In this document: positions 22,801 to 53,500 of the stretch, one piece after another
How the letters are laid out: every line of letters begins with the position of its first letter
How positions within the stretch are numbered: the first letter of the stretch is position 1
Assembly (NCBI RefSeq): GCF_030144855.1
Contig: NC_082732.1
Coordinates: forward strand, 23,498,001 to 23,562,000
Source: Hypanus sabinus
Lineage: Eukaryota
Length of the DNA: 64,000 bases
Direction of reading: 5' to 3'
Notes under the pieces: model-generated
Database searches by the model: none
What the model saw: only the letters and a program-made list of their open reading frames with translations
Told to the model about the DNA's origin: nothing
Position numbers and translations under genes: made by a program

Positions 22801-25800
22801 TCTCTGCAAAGATTATCTAATACAAAAACAATACTCAGATTTAGCTAACATTTGGTGATTCTGCCATTAGCAGACTTGTTAACCTATACCACAGTGTACA
22901 TTCTTTGACCAACGAGGATATTGAAGGTAAAGAAAAACCTGTGAATGTATTTAGAAATTCAAGGAAAAGCTTTTGTAATTTTAATAATTTCTACCCTCTC
23001 CTTTGTACAATATGAATTAAAGGGACTTCCAACTTGTCATGACAATACTCTTGCTAAATGAACATTAAGTCTGATGGTATATAATTTTATATACATATAT
23101 AAGTATCTCTTGGCAGCGTGGGGGTTCTGAGAGATCTCAGACACTCAAAGCTGCCGCGCAGGTTGACAGTGTTGTTAAGAAGGCATATTGTGTGTTGGCA
23201 TTCATCAACGGTGGGATTGAGTTCAAGTGGCATGAGGTAATGCTACAGCTATGTAAGATCTTGATCAGATCCCACTTTGAGTACTGTGTTCCATTCTGGT
23301 CACCTCACTACAGGAAGGATGTGGATACTATACAGAGTGTGCAGAGGAGATTTACAAGGATGCTGCCTGGATTGGAGGGTGTAACTTATGAGAATAGGTT
23401 GAGTGAACTTGGCCTTTTCTCCTTGGAGCGACAGAGAATGAGAGGTGATCTGATAGAGGTGTATAAAATGGTGAGGGATGTTAATCGTGTGGATACCCAG
23501 AGACTTTTGCCCAGGGCTGAAATGGCTAACAAGAGGGGTATAGTTTTAAAGTGCTTGGAAATAGGTACCAAGGGGATGTCAGGGTTACGTTTTTCACATA
23601 GAGAATGGTGAGCGCGTAGAATGCACTGCCAGCGGCAGTGGTGGAAGCGGATACAATAGGGTCTTTCAAGAGCCTCTTAGATAGATACATGGAGCTTAGA
23701 AAAATAGAGGGCTATGCACTAGGGAAATTCTGGACAGTTTCTAGAGTAGGTTGCACGGCCGGCACAACTTTGTGGGCTGAAGGGCCTGTAATGTGCTGTA
23801 GATTTCTATGTGCTATGTTCTATCCATTCTGCACTATAAATTGTACAATGGCATTATCCTGATGAAACTTTTTAAACTAGGCATTCTAATTCTTAAGTCA
23901 ATTATTTATTTTAACCTGTGTTTTAATTTGGAATATGCTAAGTTTCAGGAACTCACTGTGCATATTTAAGATTCTCCTGCAGTTATTTGTATAATTTACT
24001 AAATTTTGCCACATTAGACCTGGATATCATAGAAGCTTCAAAGAAATAAATCCCCAAAATCTAAAGTTGTTAAGATGAGAAATGACAAATGGAATCCCGA
24101 TGAATGTGATGTAGTGCATTTGTGAGGGCTCATAAGGCTAGGACACACACGAATGGTATCAGCCAAGAAAGAACTGAGGAAAAGAGGAACCTTGGTATTT
24201 ATAACTCGAAGTGGCCATGTTATTGGGGGTATACAGTATATTAGCATGAACAAGATTAGCTAAATAACAGAAAATAGTCAGGATTATTATGTCATTTTCA
24301 TTACAGAAATATGTAAGTAAGATGGTGTTACAAGATTCAGTGAAACTTCAACCATTCATCATACATATTAATAATGGAGATGAATGGACTCTGAGTATCA
24401 CAACCAAATTTGATGACAATGTGATAAAATATAAGGACAAGAAATAACAGGTTATTCAGGTCCTCAGCCTGTCTACATTCAATCAGATTATAGGTGAAGT
24501 TTTAACCCAGTATCATGTTCCTCCACTAACCCCCTAACCCCTCAATGCAAGCTGCACTGGATGTTGACAAGACCATGCCATGCGCGGAGCACTGTGCAGC
24601 GTTCTGGACTCCTGATCTAATTTATGTTTTGCAGATGCTTCAGTTAAGGCTCACTACCTCTGAGGTGCAAAATGTTACTTTTGTTTCTGTCCTAAACAAA
24701 TGACTCTTGTTGTTGTTGCCCCTGCCAGAATAAACATCAATCCTATGTCTATCCCTTAAGGGTTGTGAGAATACATTGTCTTTGCAAAGCTAAATAGCTT
24801 GGCTGAACGAGTGGGCAAAAAACCTGGTAGATGTCATGTAAAGTAGGAAAACATGAGGTATTCACTTTAAAGTTAGAAAAGCAGAGTACTATTTAAACAG
24901 AAACTACAGAATACCGGCTGTAGAGGCACTCTGGGTGTCCTTGTTCTTAAAACATAAATTTAGCGTTCAATATACTAGTAATTAGGAAGACAAACAAGCT
25001 GTTAACCTTTAATGGAAGAGGACCGAGCTCTTGCTTAATACGAGATGCTGCAGTTTACTGTGCAGTTTTGGACTACAGATTAAGGAGGAATATATGTGAA
25101 ACAGTGACAATTCAGTTAAGGTTGATTCCTGAGATGAGTTTGGGTATCTTCCAAAGAAATATTCCAAAGGTTGAAGTTATGCTTCATTTAGAATGAGAGG
25201 TGATCTTACAGAAATAAACCTATGGGAAAGTTATAGTAATCAGGACATAACATGGAATTCAGCAATTTTAGATTAAACTGGAACTTTAAACTAGAATAGC
25301 CATTCCATTTTGGATCTAACTGGCCCTTGACCAACACCTCCCCTACCCCCCACCCCGGTCCCCCTTCTATTTACATCTCTTCCGGTTGGGGCAATATTAA
25401 TTAACAAGTGTTCACCTCCCCTCCCCCACCTCTCAAAGTCTAACCTTACACCCCCGTCATAAAAGGTGGAAATGGGTAATGCTGGCCAACATGTCTCTGG
25501 TGAACCTATATAGGCCAATCCCTTGGATACAATGGATTACAGAAACATCGATAAATTCCAACCAGACCATCGACTTTGGGCGATGGTGACAGGAGGTCAT
25601 CAATGGTCGATGCTTCACTGGGAGCTAAGGGCCCAAGATGAAGACTGCACTCCCCAGTAAGTCAGAGCCGCCACTATAGATTGTTCAGCCTGTGGTTTCC
25701 ACACTAAAACAGATCATTCCCTTTATTTACTTCACCACCCCTTTTTCTCTATGGCTTAAAATGTTTCTATTTTCCACTTCTCCAAGCACCTTGCTCTACA

Positions 25801-27218
25801 ACTGCTAAACATTTCCAGCATTTTGCTTTCTAAGATTTTAGCTGTGATTTAAGAGTAGAAGTTGAAACTATGTTTCTGCTTGTTGGAGAATCCACCAGTA
25901 GGGGGCACAGTTTCAAATAAAGGATTTCCTTTTTTACACAAGTTATTTAATAATTTAATAAATGATATAGCAGGGGAATTTCCCTTTGAAGACTGTGGTT
26001 CTTCGGGATTTTTTACTCCGGGGAGATTTGGAGACCAGGTCATTTACTGTATTCAAGACTTTTGGTGGAAAAGGGAATCGGGGATTATGGTGACGAAGTA
26101 CAGCTGAGGCCAAGGTTCAAATTAGCCAAGATCTTACCAAACAGCCTATACTCATGCTCTTATTTCACATGCAAGCTACATTAGTCAGCAAAACCTCAGG
26201 TCAATTAAGAGTCAGAATGGTTTTCTTTCATTTTGTTGTTTCAAAATGCACCATGCAGGATGTGCAGAAACAGGTGCAATAGTAGCTCAGCCTGCAGCCG
26301 ATTGCTATTGGATGTTGCCCCAGGGAGTGAGTGGCGGTTGCAAGAGTAACGTTGCCAGTATTACAGCCAGAAATAGCAAAACTGTTGTATATATAGCACT
26401 GTTGTGTACAGTGTATCTGGGTTTCTGCGTATGTATTCGTGAATGTAGATGTACTTACAACTACAGAGTTTGTGTATCCACACTCTCTGCACTCATATGC
26501 ATATATAATGATGACCCATAAAATGGTATTAAATGGTATTAAAACCCATAAAATTGTATTAAATATAATTACTATATAGCGGAAGTGCAGTAGTATTTAC
26601 ACAGCAGTGGGCGCCAAGATACACCCTGCGGGTCAAAACGGACACATCATTTGAAACTAAAGCAGAATCGGAGTTTATACTGCAGTTTATAGCTCCGGAA
26701 CTCCATTACATAACTGTGTTCAGACCCTTAGACGGGGTCAATTGGTGCTTTCCCTACCGATATATATTTATTTGCTTATAGATATCGTTCTTTACAGAGT
26801 TGGAGCTACGTGTTTACGAGGTCAGGGCGGGTGTAATCACCGACATCGTTCAGTAGGGTGTCAGGAAGGATACATAGCTATTAGCACAAAGAGATTCTGC
26901 AGATGCTGGAAATCCAGGCCAACCCATTAAAAACTGGCGGAACTCAGCCGATCTATGGAGAGAAATAAACATTCGGTCTTCCGGGCCGGGACTCTCCAAC
27001 GGGATAAGTGGCCGGGTGTGGCAAACAGGATATGGGAAAGCCTGGGTCTTCCACTTTGTGAAGGCCTCTCCTGCTCTCACCTGGCTCTCGGCAGCGGGGA
27101 TGTTACTCTCCATTTCACAGAGCGCCCGGAAGGTCTCCAGCTCCAGGCTGCCGTCCACCTGCAGAGTGAAGGTGATCTCACTCAGGTCGCGCCGCACACA
27201 GTACACGGTGAGTAACAT
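13652..27218 (-). CDS. DDI2: DNA-damage inducible 1 homolog 2 (DDI2), short isoform, 9 coding exons, 408 aa
   Basis: Exons 27081-27218, 22687-22816, 21458-21721, 19697-19823, 19205-19332, 16845-16973, 15145-15248, 14548-14737, 13652-13668 join in frame (1227 nt), all GT-AG. Contains UBL ([17 protein letters not shown]), HDD, retroviral-type aspartyl protease (FVDSGAQ) and UIM. Confidence 0.96.
14548..14737 (-). CDS. DDI2: DDI2 exon 8 (end of protease domain, UIM)
   Basis: [28 protein letters not shown]...[18 protein letters not shown]; ends in phase 1, donor G|GTAAGT. Confidence 0.95.
15145..15248 (-). CDS. DDI2: DDI2 exon 7
   Basis: [34 protein letters not shown]. Confidence 0.95.
15935..16400 (+). 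mobile_element. Rex1/Babar-like LINE 3' fragment
   Basis: [23 protein letters not shown]. Confidence 0.75.
16845..16973 (-). CDS. DDI2: DDI2 exon 6
   Basis: [42 protein letters not shown]. Confidence 0.95.
17329..17873 (+). mobile_element. Tc1/mariner-derived non-autonomous element with an inverted duplication
   Basis: Transposase HTH remnant [19 protein letters not shown]...SISVT...[12 protein letters not shown]; TIR-like TACACTCA / AAAGTGGCCATTAAGTGTA. Confidence 0.8.
17887..18413. mobile_element. pogo/Tigger-like MITE
   Basis: TA|CAGGTGGCCCCCG...GGGGATACCTG|TA imperfect TIRs with TA target duplication. Confidence 0.65.
19205..19332 (-). CDS. DDI2: DDI2 exon 5 (protease domain, catalytic Asp)
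   Basis: [43 protein letters not shown]. Confidence 0.96.
19697..19823 (-). CDS. DDI2: DDI2 exon 4 (HDD)
   Basis: [42 protein letters not shown]. Confidence 0.95.
21015..21335 (+). mobile_element. tRNA-derived SINE
   Basis: tRNA-like head (GCTGCTTCACAGCTCCAGCGACCTGGGTTCAA), CTCCCACATCCCAAAGA core, CR1-like tail. Confidence 0.7.
21458..21721 (-). CDS. DDI2: DDI2 exon 3
   Basis: [12 protein letters not shown]...[34 protein letters not shown]. Confidence 0.93.
22687..22816 (-). CDS. DDI2: DDI2 exon 2
   Basis: [30 protein letters not shown]; a second in-frame donor would end the exon at 22678. Confidence 0.9.
23110..23823 (+). mobile_element. CR1-clade LINE 3' fragment
   Basis: [19 protein letters not shown]...[12 protein letters not shown]...[12 protein letters not shown]; CTATG-repeat tail. 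Confidence 0.92.
27081..27218 (-). CDS. DDI2: DDI2 exon 1 (UBL N-terminal part)
   Basis: GCCATG start; [22 protein letters not shown]...AESQ; donor CAG|GTGAGA. Confidence 0.95.
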
Positions 27219-27480
27219 GGCGACAGCCGGCAGCAGCCCCGAGACGCGGCGCCCGATCCGCTCTCCGCAGCGAGGCCCAGCACCGAACCGACAGCCGAGG
27301 CCCAGCAACGGCCAGAAAACGAGGCTTGGATCACACCTTCCCAGATCCTCAGCACACTCCAGCACCGCGCTGTCTGACCGCGCCGCCGCAGTTTGCCGTC
27401 GCAAAACGGTCGGAAAAACGCCACACCGCCGCAAACTGGCGCTTACGACATGTACTCAATGTCACAATAACGCGCCATCA
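27219..27480 (-). promoter_or_regulatory. DDI2 CpG-rich 5' UTR/promoter
   Basis: CpG-dense region directly upstream of the ATG. Confidence 0.6.
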
Positions 27481-28273
27481 TGGTGAGGTACAGGACGGAA
27501 ACTGCTTCATTGCATCATCACACCCCCAAACAACTTTGCAGGATTTCCCCGTAATTCGAGATTTACACCGCCTGATAATCGTGATTAATGTAGCCTACCA
27601 CGCCAAAAACAAGTCTACAGTTTTTTTTAGCATCTTAAAATTCCCGCAATTGGCTTCAACTTGAATCGTTCTTTAAATTTCTTGTGTTTTTAGATCAAGG
27701 GTTACTCCAGGACCAACGTGCAAAACAGTCATACACAGCTCAAGGCACATATAAGGTAGCTGTAAAATACAGTCTCACACACACAAGTCCAAATCCCCAA
27801 GGCCATGAATGCTGCAGCAGTCTGAAGTCAAGCAATACGGCTTGTCTTCCGCTGAGCAAACATTAACTGGCTCCAGCTTGGACACTGCACCACACAGCGT
27901 CTGGTGGAGTGCACCAACTCCAACGCCTTTCTCCTGGGTGGTCGTAAATAGTGGACACCAAGGATTGACGCCCAGACCTCACTCAAACTGTGGTTTTGCA
28001 GTTTCCCAGCTGTCTGCCAATAACCCACTATCTTAGTGTCTTTCATGGTGTTTATTTGCATGTACCTGTAACTCTTCTGCCTTTAGATACAGTATACTTC
28101 AAAGATGTATAGTAAGAATGATACAAATGAAAACAATTACCATCATCCAATCAATTCCACATTTAGCAATAGGACTCAGATTCCTAACCAGAGTGTAAAA
28201 CTAGCTTTACACATGAACCTATGACAGCTTTAATGTTAAAAGAATCAAAACATCAATCAATGGAATGTTTCAC

Positions 28274-28279
28274 TTTATT
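28274..28279 (-). terminator. Candidate DDOST polyadenylation signal (AATAAA)
   Basis: TTTATT on +, ~620 nt after the stop; a proximal alternative lies at 28657. Confidence 0.5.
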
Positions 28280-28898
28280 TCCAACGATAAGAAACATAAA
28301 TCAAGAAGTTACATCAATGTAGGTACAAGAATTAAGTGCTGGGGAGAATTTTTCGTAAAAAACATAATTTGATCCGAAAATAAAATTTTGCTCACTTTTA
28401 ATCTCTTTTGCTAAATGATATGACCCCTCCAAAGAGACTGCAAGTGGTTATATTAACTCAGATCTTCCAATTGAACTGGAGTTCACCTGTTAGAAAACTT
28501 CACAGGTTTTGTTGTCCTTGTGTTTCTGGAGCTTTTAATGCAACTGGTGAAGAAACAGAAGTTCTTTTATTTCCTCCATTATTTTTAACCAAAGGTTTTA
28601 GTCTCTTAACGGAAAATGACACCAACACTTCTGGCAGTTTTTTTTAAACAAAGTTATTTATTCTACAGTGCAAAAGAAATCAACACTCAAATTGATACAC
28701 CCACTTTCTGTAACCTGCAGCACATGGTAACCTCTGATCAACGGAGGGATCACAATAAATGGGATTTGTAGTTTAGTTTCTCCTGAGGTGGCATGAGCTC
28801 CAGAAAGGCTAGAATTTGCAATCACCCCTCACCAATTTAAACCAACTTAAAACTCTCAGCACTGGAGATATCAAGAATAGAGAACGCCCTCCAATCCC

Positions 28899-47363
<18,465 letters not shown>

Positions 47364-47554
47364 CTCCAGAGCCGCCACTCCAACCGGATCCGGAAATACT
47401 TCTTCCCAGCCGCTGCTGCCCTCCCCGTCTCCCACGGTTACTACTAACACAGATTAGAACATTTATTTTTGTTCAATTACTTTCAACTCCTATCAGTTTT
47501 AGTTCCCTCAGTTGCTATGATATGTTTACAAAAACAATAAGTTCACAAAGCTAA

Positions 47555-47573
47555 CCAATCAGCAGCGGCCAAC
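47555..47573. promoter_or_regulatory. ERSE-like element CCAAT-N9-CCAAC in the DDOST promoter
   Basis: CCAATcagcagcggCCAAC ~190 bp upstream of the ATG; correct 9-nt GC-rich spacer, but the 3' half deviates from the consensus CCACG. Confidence 0.45.
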
Positions 47574-48101
47574 TTGTCACTAACACCCGTTGCAGCAAGA
47601 AAAAGGGTCCCCGAACAATCTGCGTTTTCTCTAAAGTTCCCAATTAGAGCAAGGAGGAAATACACAATTATGGTTTAATTGCAATCTCTTCCATATATTT
47701 TTTTAAATTCTTTATTTATATAGTAATAATCTAATTATCAGAAGTTAATGCGGATTGTGAAAATCCTATTGATCAATTTCCTTTGAGAAAGTGACAATCT
47801 TATTTAATAGTAAATCCATGCAAACTACACTGATGCCAACAAATTTTTCAAGAATTTTTGGTACAGCATTTATTTCAAATTAGACCTATTCTGATATTGG
47901 TGCTAGACTTCCATAGAAAACAAACACAGCAAAGAAACTGCTGGAGAAATTGGAATATAAGGAAATAGTAACAGGAGTAGGCCATTTGGCCTCTCATTTT
48001 TAAAAAAATTGATTAAGTTGATCTGTTCCAGGCCTCATTACCCCTTCGATGTCAGCTCCTTGTTACTAATTCCCCGATCTTTCAAAAAAAACTAAATCCC
48101 C

Positions 48102-48112
48102 TAAATAAATAA

Positions 48113-48164
<52 letters not shown>

Positions 48165-48192
48165 ATAAATAGATAGAAAGATGGATAGATAG
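48102..48192. repeat. (AGAT)n/(AAAT)n microsatellite
   Basis: About 12 perfect ATAG units plus degenerate flanks. Confidence 0.95.
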
Positions 48193-48621
48193 GTGGGTTT
48201 ATTTAATTATTTATGTATCTATCGGTCAATAAATATATATATACACCTATGAGTGTACATGTCAAGCTATTTCCACCGGAGTCCAAAAAAGTACACTAGG
48301 CTAATTCCTGGGATTAATTTAATGTAAGTAGCTAAAGAAATTTTATTAGATTAAACCCCTATCCCAGGAATTAGCCTAGAGAACTCTTTTGGACTCCCTC
48401 CATTATCAGTTTATCCTTTTTTCAATAAGGGGATCGAAGCTGTGTACAGTATTCCAGGTGTTGCTTCACCCAGCATGTTGTAAAATTGGAACAATACTTC
48501 CATATTTCTCTGCTTCAACCCTCTTGCAAGATAGGTCAATGTGCCAGTTGCCTTCCTAACACCTGCTACATCTGCTGCTAACATTTTGCTGCAGCATTAT
48601 TTTATAATTTAGTTCATAAAC

Positions 48622-48897
48622 GCCAGAAAGTCTGCAGATGCTGGAAATCCAAAGCAACACACACACAAAATGCTGGAGAAGCTCAGCAGAAGGAGAAATC
48701 GATATTCATTCTGTCAGTTTGGAGGCAACCCAGATGGAATATAAGGTGTTGCATCCTGTTCTCTGAGGGTGGCCTCATCGTGGCACAAGTTGAGCAATGG
48801 ACCAAAATGCTGGAATGGGAATTTAAATGTTTGGCCACCAGGAAGTTCCACTTTTGGCGAAAGGAGTGGAGGTGCTCAATGAAGCAGTCCCCCAATT
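48622..48897 (-). mobile_element. Penelope-like fragment
   Basis: Near copy of 44000-44220 (VAKHLNSH...) joined to the terminal repeat. Confidence 0.8.
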
Positions 48898-50255
48898 TAA
48901 TATGTTCAAATCTCTGCTCTGGTGGTTCAGGTAAAGCTTGGGTATAGGTACAAAACTGACTGAAATCAGAAGGCTAACGGGGTTAATGATTTCCATGGTT
49001 TTTCTGTATCTTATGGAGAAGATGAATCTCAGAGTTGTATTCTGCGTATATACTTTGATAATAAAATGAACCTTTGAATAAAAACAAGAGTAAGGAATAA
49101 ATAATGATAACATACCACCAAGTTCCATGTTGGAAGAACTGGATCTGGAAATGCAATGCAAGCATATTGGAAAGAGCAGTATGTTCATTAATTGGAGATG
49201 CACTAAAAGTAAAGTATGTGAAAATCAAAAGTAAATGATAAAATTTAAATAGACAAAAATGAAATACAGCAAAGAGAACAGAAAATAGGCATCAGGAAGC
49301 TTTGGTAGATTTACCAAGACAAGCTAATGAAACAACCAAGCAGGACAAATAAATGCCAATCAAAGGAAATCCAAATTGGTTTGATCACGCTCTGATCGGA
49401 CCACACCTTGATTAGCGTTAAAAGTGATTTTTGGGATTAGGACATAGACATTTAGCAATTGATCAGGACTCAAGGGTTTTGACGAAGGGTCTCGGCCCGA
49501 AACATAGACAGTGCTTCTTCCTATAGATGCTACCTGACCTGCTGCGTTCCACCAGAAAAAATAGCTGGGATTATTAAAGGATGTGTTGTCTGTGAGTTAT
49601 ATGTACCGTGTTGTGCACCTTAGTCCAGAGGAAGGTTGCTTCATTTGATAGTGCACACTTGTATGTCTGAATGACAATGAACTTGAACTTGAGAGAATAT
49701 AGGGTAGCTCCCTATCAATGTATTGCAATGACAGAATAGTCGCTCTATAAACAATAATTTTAGTTCTATGCCTATATCCTGAGTCGTTTCTGATTTTAAA
49801 TCCTTTGAAATTTTTCTTTAAATCAGCAGGTGCAGCAAATGATAGTTAGATGTGTAAGTTTTAAAATAACAAACAAAAATAATCCTCCAGATGTTGGAAA
49901 TCTGAAGTAAAACAGAATACCCTGGAGATGCTCAGTAGGTCAGACAGCTTCAGCGTTTCCTGAATTACTTGCTCTTTAAGATCTACTTGTTTTGATATAC
50001 ACTTTTCAGGTGGTTTGGAAACGTTCTTCCTTGATGCTGTCTGACCCTGGCAAGGGTTTAGAGAATTTTTGAAAGAGCGTTTATTTCAGATTTGACCTGT
50101 TCTGGCTCGGGAGCCAAACTCCCACGGGTGTTTAAAAAACACGCTACTGGAGGAACTCAGCGGCCGATAGTTTATTTACTTTTCCACCCGATTCCAACAT
50201 CTGCAAGCTTTTAAAACTCCCACAAGGGTCATGACACTCAAATACCGGGGCCGCC

Positions 50256-50369
50256 GCCATCTTGAGTGTGCCAGCGTAGCCATCTTGAGTAGGTCAACCT
50301 CACGCAGACATTTTGAGTGCGTCAACGGAGCCATCTTGAGTTGGTCGATGTCGCGCAGCCATCTTGGGT
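50256..50369. promoter_or_regulatory. Periodic array of five YY1-type motifs in the CASP9 promoter/5' UTR
   Basis: GCCATCTTGAGT at 50256, 50279, 50330; GACATTTTGAGT at 50307; GCCATCTTGGGT at 50358. Confidence 0.7.
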
Positions 50370-50413
50370 GAGTCGGAACCCCGGAGAGCTCGGCGGTCGG
50401 GGGCTCCGCCAAG

Positions 50414-50545
50414 ATGGAAGAGAGTCGACGAAAGCTGCTGCAAAAGCACCGACTGAAGATAGTGAACAACCTGCAACCTGAACTCCTTTATGGCCGACTG
50501 GTGTTGAAAAATATTTTCACTGAGGACATGATCGAGGAAATCAAG
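50414..50545 (+). CDS. CASP9: CASP9 exon 1 (CARD)
   Basis: [44 protein letters not shown]; Kozak AAGATGG; donor AAG|GTGTGA. Confidence 0.92.
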
Positions 50546-53500
50546 GTGTGAGATGGAGATGATTGGGATGTTAGGGACACTCTCCGCTCCATCGTTCGGA
50601 GTGATGAGGGTGTGGGGGTCGTTCCTGACAGGGATTCTAGGAAAATAAATGAAGTGCATTGATACTGGCGTTCTGAAAGTGCAAGAAACGCAAGGCAAAG
50701 CAGGTTAAGCAGCATTTGTCGAAATAACATTCAGGTCAAAGACACTGAGATAAGACCTCTGCTCACGGTTAGTCCTTGGCTAAGTGGGGTTTTAAAGGAG
50801 TGGTAATACATTATTTTCCTAAAAGCAATTAAGACCGTATAGATGTTGGAATCTGAAATAAAAACAATAGGTTGAAAATTGTAAATCAGGCAGCTTTCTA
50901 CATTATTCGTTAAGATCTACTTGTTTTGATATGCACTTCAGGTTTCGGAAACAATCCTGTTTGGATCTTTTAATGTTTTAAATGTTCATTTAATTGCTTC
51001 CACAACTGAGGCTGTCAGGAATGTAATACACAGAAAGTACATTTGCTTAAAGAAAATCCGGTCAGTTTAGGAAAAATTCCTATCTGTTTGGCATATTTCT
51101 TTCCCTTTATCTATCGTCTTAAAAAATACCCAACCCAAACAAACCGTTGTAATTGTGCAAATTAGTCCTCATGTAATCTACTTTCATTTCAAAATTGATT
51201 CCCAATGAGGAGATAAACTATTTAATAAAATGACGTTAATGGTGTTAATCTATGGCAGGTTTGCAGTGAAACCAAGAGCTGAAAATGAAACTTAATTCTG
51301 AATCTTAAAATATGTTTTAAGTCATTATTGTGGTGCTTCAAGTGCGAAATTGCTAATGCTGGAATCCTGGAAAAAAATCCATAGGTCCCATTTTTAATTT
51401 TTGCCCTGATCTCAAGTGGAAAAATAAGATACCACAATTATCATCCTTCCTTAGTCAAAACTGTGCATATTTGGATAAGGACATTAACTCAAGTCTAGAT
51501 AAAATAAAATAACTGAGAGTGCGGGAGCTTGAAAACATTGTTTAACACATTGTCCATCACCATCTTTATATTTACATGTGTAGTCCAGACATTTGGAGTG
51601 TGTTTGAATTGGAGGTGTATAAGGGATGTTATTGACTATTTACTGAAATTTGTTTTGATTTCTGTTTGTCATGAAGCTCTGGATAATTAACTAGTTCATT
51701 AAATTGAATGCCAGCTAATGTAATGTTTACAAACAAGATAAAATCTGCAGATGCTGGAAATCTGAGTAACACACGCAAAATGCTGGATGAACTCAGCAGG
51801 CCAGGCAGCATTTTGTTAATGTTGTAATGTTAGTTTGAAATTACATTTTGAAATTGATCAAAATTTGATTCATAGAGTACTTTCTGTACTGTAGAGCTCG
51901 GGGACACGCAGAGACCAAGCCCGTCAGTTGATAATTGATCTGCAGAGTCGTGGGACAAGAGCATTTCCAGCTTTTCTGGAGAGTCTGGAAGAAACCAAAC
52001 AACATAATCTTGCTAATTTACTGAAAGAGGGGCTTCTGATGCAGCCTAGCTCTTCCATCTCTGTTACACCAATCAAAATAGCTGAAGGACATAAACCAGC
52101 ACAGCAAGTGACCCAGACTCCTCTCCCAATCCAGTGTATGTAAAAAATTTTAAAGAATTGGTTGCACATTTTTAAGAACTAATTACTTGGTAATGGAATT
52201 GTTTAAATTTGTTTTCTATACTAATTCAGGCCTAGTTGCAGCTTCTGAGTTTGTAACTATGTGTCCCAGCCATCAGTTATAGCCAATGTCATACTGTAGG
52301 TCCTCATTCTCTCCTCGCACTGAGAAGAATGTAGAAAGTATTAAAAAGATGACTAATAGACAAGAGCTTTGCAATGGTGTGCAACATAGGATAGCAAAAT
52401 GGATCTGAAATCATCAAGTGTTTCAGATATTTATGAAGACTGTTGTGTGCCCTTTACTATGTTTTTATAACAAAGAACCAAAAGAATTTTGTTTCTGTTC
52501 AGAGACATATTTATTGCTAGCAATAATGAGAAACATTTCCACTCCTCAATGGCTGGAGGCTGCTACTGATTTACGCCGTATGAAGTTCCTTTTTATACAA
52601 GTTTTCAGGTTACGCTTTGGCTGTTATCTCTTATCTGCTCTGCAAAGTCAGCTCCTCTGGTACAGCTGTACTTCAAGGCCAGCATCAACCTCTTCTTAGT
52701 TGTAGAGCAATGAACAATGATCAAGGACTTTACATGGCTCCTGTCACATACATACTCAGTATATAGCAAAGGACTATGGGATTTTACAGATTCTATTTTG
52801 GTACATTACAATAATCCATAAAACCTCAAAGTTTCAAATACATTTCCACAACTGACATGGGCTATGAAATTTGGATATATCAAATAAACAGTGGAGAAGC
52901 TTAAATGACACATGCATTAATTTTATTCATGCTGACATGAATATAGAGTCAATTTAATTTAAGAGAAAATGAGGGTTTTCTGCTGATAGAAATGTCAATG
53001 TGTCAAAGGAGTAGATTGCAGATGAATAGTGAGAAACAGTCAGGTTAAATCGGCATGAGTTTGAAATTACAATTACGATGACATAGCAAAGAATTTTTAT
53101 GTGGAGGAAACAGTAAAATAATAACTGTCCTCATGTTTCAGGTTCAGATATTGATTTCCTGGTTCCAGGAAAACCAACCAACAAAGGACAAAAGTATGAC
53201 ACGGTGAGTATTTATATCAGTATCAAATCAAGATCTTTTTTTATTTATGAAAGATTTTGATTGATATAGATAATGGTTCTAATGATGGAGTTTTTTGTAG
53301 AAGCAATTTGTATCCAAATCTAAACTAACATGATACTACACAGATGAAATTTATACTTTATTAAGATATAAAATGAGAAATTGAATGTAATGTGACAGAT
53401 GACGAACATACTGAGCCTTTCCATGGGACTAGAGATGTTATCAGTTTGAAATTTATTTATGAACCAGTGTTCCAGTTAGCTGTAAGGTTCTTGTGCAAAT

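Noticed and set aside
26850-27434. 194-aa ORF suggesting a 72-aa N-terminal extension of DDI2
   Set aside because: Begins at TTG in a GC-rich leader; the conserved protein starts at GCCATG 27218, and the tail of the ORF is intron read-through.
50256-50369. Repeat-spacer pattern superficially like a CRISPR array
   Set aside because: Vertebrate DNA, 12-bp repeats with 11-16-bp related spacers, and no cas genes.
50176-50730. Minus-strand ORFs containing repeated KMA motifs
   Set aside because: The peptide repeats are simply the translation of the YY1-type DNA repeat; no domain or exon structure supports a protein.
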